Positions 1-8,870 of a stretch of DNA of 32,000 bases are shown piece by piece. The notes beneath the pieces were generated by a model. That model was not told the DNA's origin, searched no databases, and saw only the letters and a list, made by a program, of their open reading frames with translations. The translations under genes and the position numbers were made by a program. The DNA is taken from assembly GCA_016700015.1 (NCBI GenBank), contig CP064995.1, positions 870,001 to 902,000 of the forward strand, written 5' to 3'. This stretch comes from Candidatus Saccharimonadota bacterium (lineage in GTDB: Bacteria; Patescibacteriota; Saccharimonadia; Saccharimonadales; Saccharimonadaceae). The number at the start of each line of letters is the position of its first letter. The stretch's first letter is position 1.

Positions 1-1
1 A

Positions 2-295
2 TCAATATTCTTTGCAGAGAACTGCGTCATTACGGTTAATGTAGGAGATATAGTTGATGCAAATACAAAGATTTGTGATCTACACGGTATGTTTACCGCA
101 TGGTCAGAGAGTGGCTGGGCGGTCAATGGGCGTACGGCTGCAAAAGTCGTTGGCGGTGGCTACTCGGAAGGACAAAGAACTGCAATGGGACAGAATTTCT
201 CAGACTTTATGAAAAGCATAGGGGGACCCGAAGGCACGATCGGCGGGCGACCACTCACCGGTACGGTACCATCTGATTATCCATCATGGAAATAA
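2..295 (+). CDS. hypothetical protein, 3' part (open to the window edge)
   Basis: The frame of the 89..295 ORF has no stop back to position 2, and its stop is TAA at 293-295. I recognised no motif. The SD of the next gene (aggagg, 295-300) follows immediately. Confidence 0.4.
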   Translation, partial: SIFFAENCVITVNVGDIVDANTKICDLHGMFTAWSESGWAVNGRTAAKVVGGGYSEGQRTAMGQNFSDFMKSIGGPEGTIGGRPLTGTVPSDYPSWK

Positions 296-307
296 GGAGG
301 AGTTGAT

Positions 308-1729
308 ATGGAAGACATACTAGCATCATTACGCTCAGACCGTCGTATACGTATTGGGTTAGTAGTAATTTTATTGGTCATTGCTTTCTTTACTTTCCTA
401 AGAATCTCAGGCTATGGCTATGTGAGTATTAAATCCGACAATGGGGTGTTATTGAGTGCAATGCCAAGCGGAGGTGTAATCAGCGTCCTACAGGGGACCG
501 GATCAATCTCTGGTTTCATACCCACCGGCTCATACACCATCAGCGCATCAAAGTACACTAATACGCAACAGAAGGTCTATGTAGTAAAACCTTTTTTCAA
601 CTCTGAAATAAGACTTGAAGTACCTGAAAATGTCACGGTTAAACCAGTACCCGTAGCACCGATTGAAGTGCAAAACGGAGGTTTTTCTAATACAACGGTT
701 AAATATCTTGGTATAAACGGCAGTATATCGATATTAAGTAATGATACAAGCATAGTCCCCGTAAGTATCGAACCAAATCTTACATTTGATTCTGGCTATT
801 GGGCTGATAGCGACCACGCAATCTTCCGCCAACCAGATACGTTATCATTCTACTACTACAACGGGAAAGAAATTATTAAAATAGAGCCACCTACAACTTT
901 CAAATTCGATGCAAATACTCTATACACAATTGACACGAACGGTCGTATACTCTTTGCTGATAGGGGCACAATCTATACTACATCTAATATCGGAAAAACA
1001 TACAGGAAAGTATATAGAAGCGACAGTAGTAGCATTACTATTAGTTCAACAAAAAATGGTGATTACATCGCCATCCTCGAAAGTAGCCCAGAGCAACGAG
1101 ATGGCGTGTCTAAAGAAGAACCAAAGTTAGTTATTATCACACTTGACGGCAAAAAGATTGCTACTAAGCAAGATGTCGATGCGTATGAGATCGTCCTCTC
1201 GCCCGATGGATCTAAGATCGCGATATCTGGTGACTCAATGAATGAAGTGTTACGTATACCAGACATGTCAACCATCCTCGTTCTACCGGCAGGTAATACA
1301 AATCAGTTAACATGGAAAAATTCGTCACTACTTGTATATAACGATCAGCGCAATATATGGGCGCTAGATATAGAAAAAGGACAATCACGGCTAGTAAGCA
1401 CCGTGCCATCTGGTCAATCTATTTCATATATCGGCCTTGGACAGGACGATATCTATTTCAATTCTCGAGTATCCGGTGATCTATACCAGCTTTCAAAAAT
1501 ATCTTTATCTAGCCCAAAACCAAAGAACGATATTGTTTATCGACTTGCACGTTTTCTTCCAACCGTCATAGATAGTGCATGCTTCATTACATACAGCAAT
1601 GTTACCCAACCAAGAGTATCTATTAGTGGTATCAACGACAATCCAGTTAGCAACTGTTTGGACGAATCAAAGCAATATCTGCAAACAAATGGTATAGATT
1701 TGAATCAGGTTGAATTAGTAGTGGAATAG
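308..1729 (+). CDS. membrane-anchored hypothetical protein with possible PD40/TolB-like beta-propeller repeats
   Basis: ATG lies 7 nt after aggagg. There is an N-terminal hydrophobic helix (IGLVVILLVIAFFTFL). SPDGSKIAISGDS and NGDYIAILES resemble PD40 repeat signatures. Confidence 0.6.
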   Translation: MEDILASLRSDRRIRIGLVVILLVIAFFTFLRISGYGYVSIKSDNGVLLSAMPSGGVISVLQGTGSISGFIPTGSYTISASKYTNTQQKVYVVKPFFNSEIRLEVPENVTVKPVPVAPIEVQNGGFSNTTVKYLGINGSISILSNDTSIVPVSIEPNLTFDSGYWADSDHAIFRQPDTLSFYYYNGKEIIKIEPPTTFKFDANTLYTIDTNGRILFADRGTIYTTSNIGKTYRKVYRSDSSSITISSTKNGDYIAILESSPEQRDGVSKEEPKLVIITLDGKKIATKQDVDAYEIVLSPDGSKIAISGDSMNEVLRIPDMSTILVLPAGNTNQLTWKNSSLLVYNDQRNIWALDIEKGQSRLVSTVPSGQSISYIGLGQDDIYFNSRVSGDLYQLSKISLSSPKPKNDIVYRLARFLPTVIDSACFITYSNVTQPRVSISGINDNPVSNCLDESKQYLQTNGIDLNQVELVVE

Positions 1730-2748
1730 AGTGTAATTGTTTTAGTCGCACGATGCTTATTAGTTGAGGAAATAATAACTTGGTTATGAACAAAGAACCT
1801 AAGAAGATTTTTTTGTCTTGCAGTATCAAGTTCACCAAATACATCATCGAGTAGTACAAGTGGATATATGTCAGTGTGACGATGAACAATACTCGCTTCA
1901 ATATATTTTAAAGCCAAGACAATAGTACGAACCTCGCCACGCGAGGCAGTGTCCGAGGCATGGCTTGTATTGAGTTCAATCATAAAATCATGGCGATGAG
2001 GCCCAACCGATGTTGTACCTAATAAGTGATCGCGAGCAAAATTTGCTTCGTATTGCGCAAGTAGCGTAGGGGCAGCCAATACAACATGAGTATAGCTTGC
2101 ACCAAGTATGTCGCTGCCACCAGCAATTTGTCGGTAATAGCTCGTTAGCTGCTGGTTAATGATCCCAACAAAATTGTGACGTGCCGCTATGATCTGCGCA
2201 CCAGTTTGACTGAGAATGATATCCCAAGAAAATAACATGTCTTGGCTAACATCGGGTCGCTTGAGTAATTTATTTCGCTGTAACAACGCACGTTCATAGC
2301 GGCGAAGATTTGCTGTATAGGTGGTGTCATATTGGCCAATGACTGTATCGAGATATTTGCGGCGGCGGGCCGGAGAGCCGCCAATGAGGCGCAAGTCATC
2401 AGGGGTAAAAAGTATAATCGGGAATTTATATTTTACCGGTAGACGCAGCGACTTCTTACCATCGACAATAAATTGTTTTATCGACTTATCACTCCTATTA
2501 TCAAAGAGTATAGTGCGCCTAACCATATCGTCAGCAGTGTCAACCCGGTACCATTGATGACGAGTATTTAATATATTTTCGTCACTACCGCGAAACGAAA
2601 CGCCACGATATGTCTCATAAATTGCTTCTAGTAGTGCAGTTTTTCCACTGCCGTTTTTTCCATATATCAGCGTTGTCGTAGGAGAAAAATCACAGATAAA
2701 GCTATCGTGGTTACGAAAATTCTGTACCCGCAATGTTTTCAACTTCAT
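1705..2748 (-). CDS. recF: DNA replication and repair protein RecF
   Basis: The N-terminus MKLKTLRVQNFRNH plus Walker A GKNGSGKTALLEAI matches RecF. LLLDDVFGELD is the Walker B/D-loop. The gene sits directly downstream of dnaN. Confidence 0.9.
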   Translation of the reverse strand: MKLKTLRVQNFRNHDSFICDFSPTTTLIYGKNGSGKTALLEAIYETYRGVSFRGSDENILNTRHQWYRVDTADDMVRRTILFDNRSDKSIKQFIVDGKKSLRLPVKYKFPIILFTPDDLRLIGGSPARRRKYLDTVIGQYDTTYTANLRRYERALLQRNKLLKRPDVSQDMLFSWDIILSQTGAQIIAARHNFVGIINQQLTSYYRQIAGGSDILGASYTHVVLAAPTLLAQYEANFARDHLLGTTSVGPHRHDFMIELNTSHASDTASRGEVRTIVLALKYIEASIVHRHTDIYPLVLLDDVFGELDTARQKNLLRFFVHNQVIISSTNKHRATKTITLYSTTNST

Positions 2749-2758
2749 TCTATACTAC

Positions 2759-3859
2759 CTAGCTTTTGAGCGGCATTATAATGTGTATGTAATTCGGTTT
2801 CTTTGCACTCACGCTAAGTACAGTAGGCGAAAGCTTGCCGCTAAATCGAAATTCTACCGTGTCACCATCGAGCACACTAAGCGCTTCGCTAATATAGCGT
2901 GAATTAAGTGTCACCTGGCCGTCGCTTGTTATGACCGCCTTTGCACTACTGGTATTTTCACCAAGCTCACTAGCAATGGAATGAACTCTGACCTCCTGGG
3001 CTTCGGCACTTGCAGTGATAGTAATACTACCGCCAGATTCACGCGCAAAAAGTCCGGCTATTTTTACCACGCGCGTTAATTCTTCGGTACCGATAGTAAT
3101 GGTTGTTTCTGACTCTTTGGGAATAAGCTGGTGATAGTCAGGATAGTTACCATCAATCAGGCGACTCGTAATCTCTGCTTCTCCAACCCGAAAACGCACC
3201 TGGGTATTATCGAAAAGTACTTCAACTTCGTCGACCGTATCGCTCAGTGTACGAAGCACTTCCTGAAGACTTGATGAAGGGACGATTGCAGCAATTTGAC
3301 TCTTCGTTGCAAGGAGTTTTCGTTCTGCAAGTCGATACCCATCAGTAGCCGCAAGGTAGAGCGAGCCGTCAACTGAATGCCAGTAGACACCAGTTAGGAC
3401 CGGGCGCGTCGCGTCACTACTACTAGTTATAATAGTTTGATTGACTGCTTGCTTAAAGTCGGTAGCTGCAATAGTGTAACTAACCGATTCTGTTTCATCG
3501 ATTGCTGGTAGTTCGGGAAACTCATCAGCCTCAATACCGTGAATAACCGAGTTATAACTACCAGAGCTGATTGTCATATGCGCACCTTTCGCAGATAGGT
3601 TGACTGTGCCTTTTGGTAGACTACTAACAAATTCACTAGCCAGTCGTGCTGGAATAGTCACCGATCCTTGCTTGGCTACTTTTGCACCAATATGATACGT
3701 ACTAGCAATCTCAAGGTTTGTTGCCGCTACGAGTAGGCGATTACCTTCTGTACGAAGCAGGATATTGCTAAGAATCGGTAAACCTGTCTTATTACTAGCG
3801 ACTCGGCCAACTGCCGTCAGTGCACGAGCGAGATTTTCTTGTGTTACAGAAAGTTCCAT
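2759..3859 (-). CDS. dnaN: DNA polymerase III beta sliding clamp DnaN
   Basis: A 366-aa product with the typical MELSVTQENLARAL...ILSNILL start and three-domain length, positioned between dnaA and recF. I chose the ATG at 3859 rather than the TTG at 3886 used by the ORF track. Confidence 0.9.
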   Translation of the reverse strand: MELSVTQENLARALTAVGRVASNKTGLPILSNILLRTEGNRLLVAATNLEIASTYHIGAKVAKQGSVTIPARLASEFVSSLPKGTVNLSAKGAHMTISSGSYNSVIHGIEADEFPELPAIDETESVSYTIAATDFKQAVNQTIITSSSDATRPVLTGVYWHSVDGSLYLAATDGYRLAERKLLATKSQIAAIVPSSSLQEVLRTLSDTVDEVEVLFDNTQVRFRVGEAEITSRLIDGNYPDYHQLIPKESETTITIGTEELTRVVKIAGLFARESGGSITITASAEAQEVRVHSIASELGENTSSAKAVITSDGQVTLNSRYISEALSVLDGDTVEFRFSGKLSPTVLSVSAKKPNYIHIIMPLKS

Positions 3860-3908
3860 TGTAATTATAAAATCCTTTCTAACCAAAGGTGGTTATTATT
3901 ATAGGTGC

Positions 3909-4024
3909 TGTGGAAAGTGGGTAAAAGTGATAGCGGAACAGGGGTGGGCTAGCTAGACTAACTGTGGAAAAAAGTGGTGATGAACCAGGGAATAGTATGT
4001 GGAGAAGATTGCCAGTTCTCCACA
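3909..4024. promoter_or_regulatory. DnaA-box cluster in the dnaA-dnaN spacer (putative oriC part 2)
   Basis: Four 9-mers resemble TTATCCACA. They are 3909-3917 (rc CTTTCCACA), 3963-3971 (rc TTTTCCACA), 3998-4006 (rc TTCTCCACA) and 4016-4024 (TTCTCCACA). The last two form a perfect inverted pair with a 9-nt spacer. Confidence 0.6.
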
Positions 4025-4134
4025 TAACACTAGGCAGAATGTCTTTATGTACACAGTGGGTTGATAGCTGAACACATTTTTTACCTAACCAAGACCACAA
4101 GTTTTCCAGAGATTGTACACAGGTGAGAGGGAAA

Positions 4135-5490
4135 TTATACATATAGCTTCTCTCTTATCTCTGCGACTTGTTCGCGGATGAGGAAATCTAGTTTGATTGA
4201 TTTCTCGATTTTCTCGACAGAGTGAATTGCGGTGGTGTGGTCTTTGCGACCAAGTTCACTGGCGATTCTTGGAAAGCTAAGGTGAAGTTCGCTACGCAGT
4301 AGATACATGGCAACTTGGCGGGGAACAACGATATGTTTATCGCGTTTACTACCGCAAATTTCTTTACTATCAATCTGGAAGTGTCTGGCGGTTTTTTCAA
4401 TAATCTGTCGGGGGGTAATATGTTGAGGTCGACTATGGCGAACAATACCAATTAGGCCTTCAGCCGTATGGACATCAGGCGAGATGCCGCGCATCTCCGC
4501 ATAGGCAAGGAGTTGATTGAGAGCGCCTTCGAGCTCGCGAATATTTGTCTTGATATTTTTGGCGAGGTATTCGACTGTTTCACGTTCGAGTGATACACCA
4601 GACTGTGCCGCTTTTGTCTCGACAATAGCGCACCGTGTCTCAAAATCAGGCATCTGGATATCGATCGCCATACCCCACTCAAACCGACTACGAAGACGCT
4701 CGGTGAGAGTTGGAATGCTTCGCGGCGGCTTGTCGCTACCAATGATGATAGCTTTATTTGCTTGATGAAGCGCATTGAATGTATGGAAGAATTCTTCCTG
4801 AGTCTTCTCTTTACCAGCGATAAACTGCATATCATCGACAATGAGGACATCGACATTACGATAGCGGTCACTAAAACCAGTCTTTTTGAAACGAATACTA
4901 TCTAAAAATTCTTTTACAAATGTTTCACTACTTATATAGGCGACTTTTGTAGTAGGACTCTTGGCGATGATTTCATTGCCAACGGCTTGTATGAGATGAG
5001 TCTTACCTAGTCCCACACCACCGTAGATGAACAGAGGATTATATTTGATGCCAGGATTAGCAGCTACCGCCTGACAAGCAGTATAGGCGAGATCATTACT
5101 GCCGCCAACAATAAAGTTTTTAAATGTATAACGAGGGTTAAGTGTTGTAGCCGGGGTTTTTGTGTTGGTACGGTTCTGAGTGATAGGGGTGATAAGTTCG
5201 TCGGCGGCTGTTGTGCCGGTCGTCTCACGGCTAATCACCCGTTTTTTTGCAGTCTTTACTTCATAGCGAATCATTTCAACACTCACGCCATTCCTTTTTA
5301 GGATATCGCGAATTTGCTGGTCAAACTTAACTTCAAATTGACGCTTGGCAAAGATATTGGCTACGCCAACGGTGATTGAAGAAGCATCCTGATCAACAAT
5401 GTCGGTGTTCTTAAACCAGGTTTCAAAATTACCGTGCGAAACAGAGAGCTCTATTTCACCCAAGACACTCTGCCATAGCACATTATGCAT
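4135..5490 (-). CDS. dnaA: chromosomal replication initiator protein DnaA
   Basis: Contains the AAA+ Walker A GGVGLGKTHL and Walker B LIVDDMQF. The C-terminal DnaA-box-binding helix-turn-helix is VAMYLLRSELHLSFPRIASELGRKDHTTAIHSVEKI. Confidence 0.95.
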   Translation of the reverse strand: MHNVLWQSVLGEIELSVSHGNFETWFKNTDIVDQDASSITVGVANIFAKRQFEVKFDQQIRDILKRNGVSVEMIRYEVKTAKKRVISRETTGTTAADELITPITQNRTNTKTPATTLNPRYTFKNFIVGGSNDLAYTACQAVAANPGIKYNPLFIYGGVGLGKTHLIQAVGNEIIAKSPTTKVAYISSETFVKEFLDSIRFKKTGFSDRYRNVDVLIVDDMQFIAGKEKTQEEFFHTFNALHQANKAIIIGSDKPPRSIPTLTERLRSRFEWGMAIDIQMPDFETRCAIVETKAAQSGVSLERETVEYLAKNIKTNIRELEGALNQLLAYAEMRGISPDVHTAEGLIGIVRHSRPQHITPRQIIEKTARHFQIDSKEICGSKRDKHIVVPRQVAMYLLRSELHLSFPRIASELGRKDHTTAIHSVEKIEKSIKLDFLIREQVAEIREKLYV

Positions 5491-5550
5491 CCCCTAGTTC
5501 TCCCTCATGTTTTGATGTCTAACTACCTATTATTGTACCGGAGTAAAATG

Positions 5551-5679
5551 TTTTCCACAACCAGCCGAGTGTTGTGGATTTTTTTTCGTGCTAGCAAATA
5601 ACCCACGGGGGAGAGTTTATCCACAACTACGTACTACCCCTGTTTTTTCTGTGGATATAAATCGATAAAATGTGGAAAA
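5551..5679. promoter_or_regulatory. DnaA-box cluster upstream of dnaA (putative oriC part 1 / dnaA autoregulation)
   Basis: Five boxes: 5551-5559 TTTTCCACA, 5573-5581 (rc AAATCCACA), 5617-5625 TTATCCACA (perfect consensus), 5650-5658 (rc ATATCCACA) and 5671-5679 (rc TTTTCCACA). Confidence 0.7.
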
Positions 5680-5722
5680 GTAGTATAGGAAGGATACATT
5701 CTTGTAAATCAGGCAAGAAATA

Positions 5723-5751
5723 TTGATTAAAGTGAGCTATAGAGGTATAAT
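5723..5751 (+). promoter_or_regulatory. sigma70-type promoter of rpmH
   Basis: TTGATT (5723-5728), a 17-nt spacer, then TATAAT (5746-5751). The rpmH ATG is at 5761, so the leader is very short or absent. Confidence 0.5.
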
Positions 5752-5760
5752 ACTAAAGAT

Positions 5761-5898
5761 ATGCCAAAACGAACCTACCAACCACACACACGTCACCGTG
5801 CTAAAACCCACGGTTTTCGCGCTCGTGTTGCGACAAAGGCGGGCCGCGCTGTACTCAAGCGACGACGCGCAAAAGGTCGCGCTAAAGTTGCGATTTAA
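5761..5898 (+). CDS. rpmH: 50S ribosomal protein L34
   Basis: My hand translation gives [45 protein letters not shown] (45 aa), a clear L34. It falls below the ORF-track length cutoff. The 60-aa ORF at 5723..5905 listed in the track is in a different frame and is spurious. Confidence 0.95.
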   Translation: MPKRTYQPHTRHRAKTHGFRARVATKAGRAVLKRRRAKGRAKVAI

Positions 5899-5903
5899 CG
5901 GTT

Positions 5904-5930
5904 AACCGCCCCAAGAGTCGGGGCGGTTTT
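5904..5930 (+). terminator. rho-independent terminator-like hairpin after rpmH
   Basis: aaccgcccc (5904-5912) pairs with ggggcggtt (5920-5928) across a 7-nt loop, and a T-run extends to 5930. Confidence 0.6.
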
Positions 5931-5944
5931 GTTATACTAGAACA

Positions 5945-6292
5945 ATGATTGCCAAGCACCTCCGTTTCCATGGGTATGGAAGCCTTCGCTACCTTTATAA
6001 AAACGCCGATGCGGCTCGGTCGCACTATTTTATTGTTAAAGCAATTGCTAATCCTCATCGCAAATCATCACGTCTTGCAGTGGTAGTGAGTAAAAAAGTA
6101 CACAAGAGTGCCTTTGGCCGAAATCGTATTCGTCGACGTCTTTATGAGGTGCTTCGCCAAGAGCTACCATCTATTACGACGGCACATGATATTGCGGTGA
6201 TTGTGACAAGCGCTGAAGTCCTATCAGCTGAACACAAGGAACTGGTAACTGTACTCCACGAACTCTTGCAGCGAAGCCGTGTTATCACCTAG
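5945..6292 (+). CDS. rnpA: ribonuclease P protein component
   Basis: A 115-aa basic protein carrying the RNR-type motif SAFGRNRIRRRLYEVLR. It occupies the conserved position after rpmH. Confidence 0.9.
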   Translation: MIAKHLRFHGYGSLRYLYKNADAARSHYFIVKAIANPHRKSSRLAVVVSKKVHKSAFGRNRIRRRLYEVLRQELPSITTAHDIAVIVTSAEVLSAEHKELVTVLHELLQRSRVIT

Positions 6293-6309
6293 TGTGTCGG
6301 TGCAAGAGG

Positions 6310-6318
6310 TGGTATAAT
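6310..6318 (+). promoter_or_regulatory. extended -10 promoter element upstream of yidC
   Basis: tggtataat is TGn plus TATAAT. It is followed by SD aggag (6331-6335) and the ATG at 6344. Confidence 0.35.
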
Positions 6319-6343
6319 AACAGAAAGTCTAGGAGTTTTTGTA

Positions 6344-7294
6344 ATGTTTGATACACTGATTGTTCACCCTATTTTCAACGCATTAATGCTACTCTATAGC
6401 ATCATTCCTGGCGGTGATTTTGGTATCGCGATCATCCTTTTTACTATCATAGTACGCACACTTATGTATCCGCTTGTGCGCAGTCAGTTGCATCAGACAA
6501 AAATGATGCGCAAAATGCAGCCTGAACTGAAAAAAATTAAAGCTGCTGCGGGTGGCAATAAGCAACTTGAAGCATCGCAGCAAATGGAACTATACAAAAA
6601 ATATGGTATTAACCCGTTCCGGTCGATTTTAATCCTATTAGTTCAGTTACCGATTTTTATTGGACTCTACATGGTTATTCAAGTCATCACAATGCACCGT
6701 GATCAAGTGGCGAAAAATATGTATGACGGACTAGAGTCTATACCCGCTATTCAACAAATTATTTCTGATCCGAATAATTTTAATCATTCAATGCTTGGAT
6801 TTATCGACATCACTAAAACTGCTTTTAGTAGTCAAGGTGTTGATATCGCATTGCTGGTGCTAGCGATTATCGCTGCAGTGACACAATATATTATGACCAA
6901 ACAGACCTCGCCAACCGGTAAGTCAAGTAAGCGGTTTAGGGATATTATGGCCGATACTGCCGCCGGTAAAGAAGCTGACCCCAGCGAGATGAGTGCTGCG
7001 ATGATGGCAAATATGATGAAGATTATGCCAATTATGATGTTCTTCATTATGGTAAGCCTACCGGGTGCGCTAGCACTCTACTACACTGTTTCCAACCTTG
7101 TTGCGGTTGCGCAACAACACTACCTACTTGGTAAAGATAGTGAAGAACTTGAAGGGATCGCCGGAGAAACAATACCAGGAAAGACCCCGAAGACATCACC
7201 TGTCCCGAGTGGGGTAGCGCGAGCTAAAAAGGCCCAGCAAGGCAACATCACCCGTATCAAAGCCAAAGATAACCGCAAGGTGAAAGGTAGGTAA
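6344..7294 (+). CDS. yidC: membrane protein insertase YidC (short Oxa1/Gram-positive type)
   Basis: Has a multi-TM profile and a conserved core (YPLVRSQLHQTKMMRKMQPELKKIK...YKKYGINPF). The C-terminal tail is Lys/Arg-rich. Synteny is rnpA-yidC-jag. Confidence 0.9.
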   Translation: MFDTLIVHPIFNALMLLYSIIPGGDFGIAIILFTIIVRTLMYPLVRSQLHQTKMMRKMQPELKKIKAAAGGNKQLEASQQMELYKKYGINPFRSILILLVQLPIFIGLYMVIQVITMHRDQVAKNMYDGLESIPAIQQIISDPNNFNHSMLGFIDITKTAFSSQGVDIALLVLAIIAAVTQYIMTKQTSPTGKSSKRFRDIMADTAAGKEADPSEMSAAMMANMMKIMPIMMFFIMVSLPGALALYYTVSNLVAVAQQHYLLGKDSEELEGIAGETIPGKTPKTSPVPSGVARAKKAQQGNITRIKAKDNRKVKGR

Positions 7295-7296
7295 GT

Positions 7297-7758
7297 ATGA
7301 ACCAACAAGAATCAATTGAATTTGCACGCAAGTTTCTACAAGACATCGTATCGTTTTTCGGCGAGAATATTGAAGTTACCGCAACAAACGAAGAAGACAT
7401 CATCGAACTCCACGTTGAGTCAAGTGACTTAAATAGTATATTGATTGGTCGTAATGCCGAAACGCTGCGCAGCCTGCAGTTTGTTATTAGTACGGCGCTA
7501 CGGAACCAGGGGGCTAGCCTAGTGCGAGTCAATGTCGATGTTGCCGACTATAAAAAGCAGCGTGAAGAAAAAATTGCCGAAAAAGCTCGTGGCTGGATCG
7601 AGGAGGTTCGTGCAACTGGTGATAGCCATATTGCTCGTATTAATGCCGCCGACCGTCGCATCGTCCACCGTGTTGCTCAGGAGTATTCCGATATTCAGAC
7701 TTTCAGTGAAGGCGAAGGTCGCGAACGTCATATTATCATTGCTCAGAAGAGTTCATAG
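7297..7758 (+). CDS. jag: Jag/KhpB-type RNA-binding protein (KH plus R3H domains, no Jag_N)
   Basis: The R3H-like region is LNAADRRIVHRVAQEYSDIQTFSEGEGRERHIII. The gene immediately follows yidC (stop at 7292-7294, ATG at 7297). Confidence 0.8.
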   Translation: MNQQESIEFARKFLQDIVSFFGENIEVTATNEEDIIELHVESSDLNSILIGRNAETLRSLQFVISTALRNQGASLVRVNVDVADYKKQREEKIAEKARGWIEEVRATGDSHIARINAADRRIVHRVAQEYSDIQTFSEGEGRERHIIIAQKSS

Positions 7759-7763
7759 CAGCA

Positions 7764-8855
7764 TTAATTATGACGCAGCGCGTCAAGGTAGGCGGCGTGC
7801 GTTTGTTCAGCTGTTCGTCGCCACGAATATTTTTTTACCTGACTATATCCGCGCGCCACTAACTGTGAGCGAAGTTTTTTATTAGAAATAATTTGTTGCA
7901 GCGAATGGACGATGTCGTCGATACTATAAGGGTCAAAATAGAGTGCGGCATCGCCAAGAATTTCAGGAATACAAGTTGCGTTACTCGCGACGACCGGGGC
8001 ACCATGGGCCATAGCCTCAAGGCCTGGTAGGCCGAACCCTTCCATAAGGCTAGGGAAGCAATAGGCCTCGCAGTGCTGGTAAAGCCAGTCGCGCTGCTCA
8101 TCAGACACATAATCTGTAAAATGAATATTCTTATACCCCTGCTTTTCAAAGTAATTTCGGTTTGCCTTCGCATCGTCCTTTAGTCGCCCGGCAAGTACAA
8201 GCCCGAGGTGAGGATAAGCAGCTAGTAATTTTTGATGAGCTGCAGCGAGGCGACGAATATTCTTGTAGTCAGGCTGCTGACCAACATACAGCAGGAAGTG
8301 CTTGTAGGGCAGGGGGTATGGTTCGGCTTGAGTAGGGGTAATGTCGGCCGCTTCATAGGTTACGGTAATTTTTGTGGGCGATACGTGACTAAACTGCAAC
8401 AAGTCTTGTTTCGTATACTCAGAAGGGACAAGTAAAGCAGTGTTTTTACGAGCTACATAGAAAAACACAAGGCGACCAACAAGCTGTTTTATATGGTAGA
8501 CAATCCAATTTTTATCACTGTTCCATGTTTTTAGGAGGGTGAGATCGTGGAATGTAGTGATAGTTTTACCTCGGTAAAGAACCGGCTGTTGTGGCATACA
8601 AAAATGCACAAGGTCTGGCTCGAGTCGTTCGAGAAATTTTTTGAAACCGAACTGTTCGTTGAATGAATAATTAGCATAATCAGCCGCTTGAAGGGTGAAG
8701 TTTTTGGCGGTTGGCTGCCAAAATGACATGTCTTTAGATGGTACAAGTACCGTGTAGTGATTGTCGTGATCGATTGTTTGTAGATAGGTAAGTAGCCGCT
8801 CGATATAGCGGCCAGTCGAACTGTTGATAATCCGTGCATCGATAACAATATGCAT
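7764..8855 (-). CDS. glycosyltransferase family 4 (GT-B, GT1/GT4 type)
   Basis: The C-terminal EX7E-type region is FPSLMEGFGLPGLEAMAHGAPVVASNATCIPEILGDAA. I chose the ATG at 8855 (MHIVIDARII...) because the longer ORF-track start would overlap the divergent neighbour. Confidence 0.8.
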   Translation of the reverse strand: MHIVIDARIINSSTGRYIERLLTYLQTIDHDNHYTVLVPSKDMSFWQPTAKNFTLQAADYANYSFNEQFGFKKFLERLEPDLVHFCMPQQPVLYRGKTITTFHDLTLLKTWNSDKNWIVYHIKQLVGRLVFFYVARKNTALLVPSEYTKQDLLQFSHVSPTKITVTYEAADITPTQAEPYPLPYKHFLLYVGQQPDYKNIRRLAAAHQKLLAAYPHLGLVLAGRLKDDAKANRNYFEKQGYKNIHFTDYVSDEQRDWLYQHCEAYCFPSLMEGFGLPGLEAMAHGAPVVASNATCIPEILGDAALYFDPYSIDDIVHSLQQIISNKKLRSQLVARGYSQVKKYSWRRTAEQTHAAYLDALRHN

Positions 8856-8870
8856 ATTGCTAGTATACGG

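Noticed and set aside
3879-4142. 87-aa minus-strand ORF filling the dnaA-dnaN spacer
   Set aside because: It has no recognisable motif, an odd composition and no SD sequence. It spans the DnaA-box cluster and overlaps the dnaA stop and the dnaN start region. It is more likely non-coding origin or regulatory DNA.
5723-5905. 60-aa ORF from the track ([15 protein letters not shown]...)
   Set aside because: It is in the wrong frame. The same DNA read from ATG 5761 encodes an unmistakable ribosomal protein L34, so the listed ORF is an overlapping artefact.
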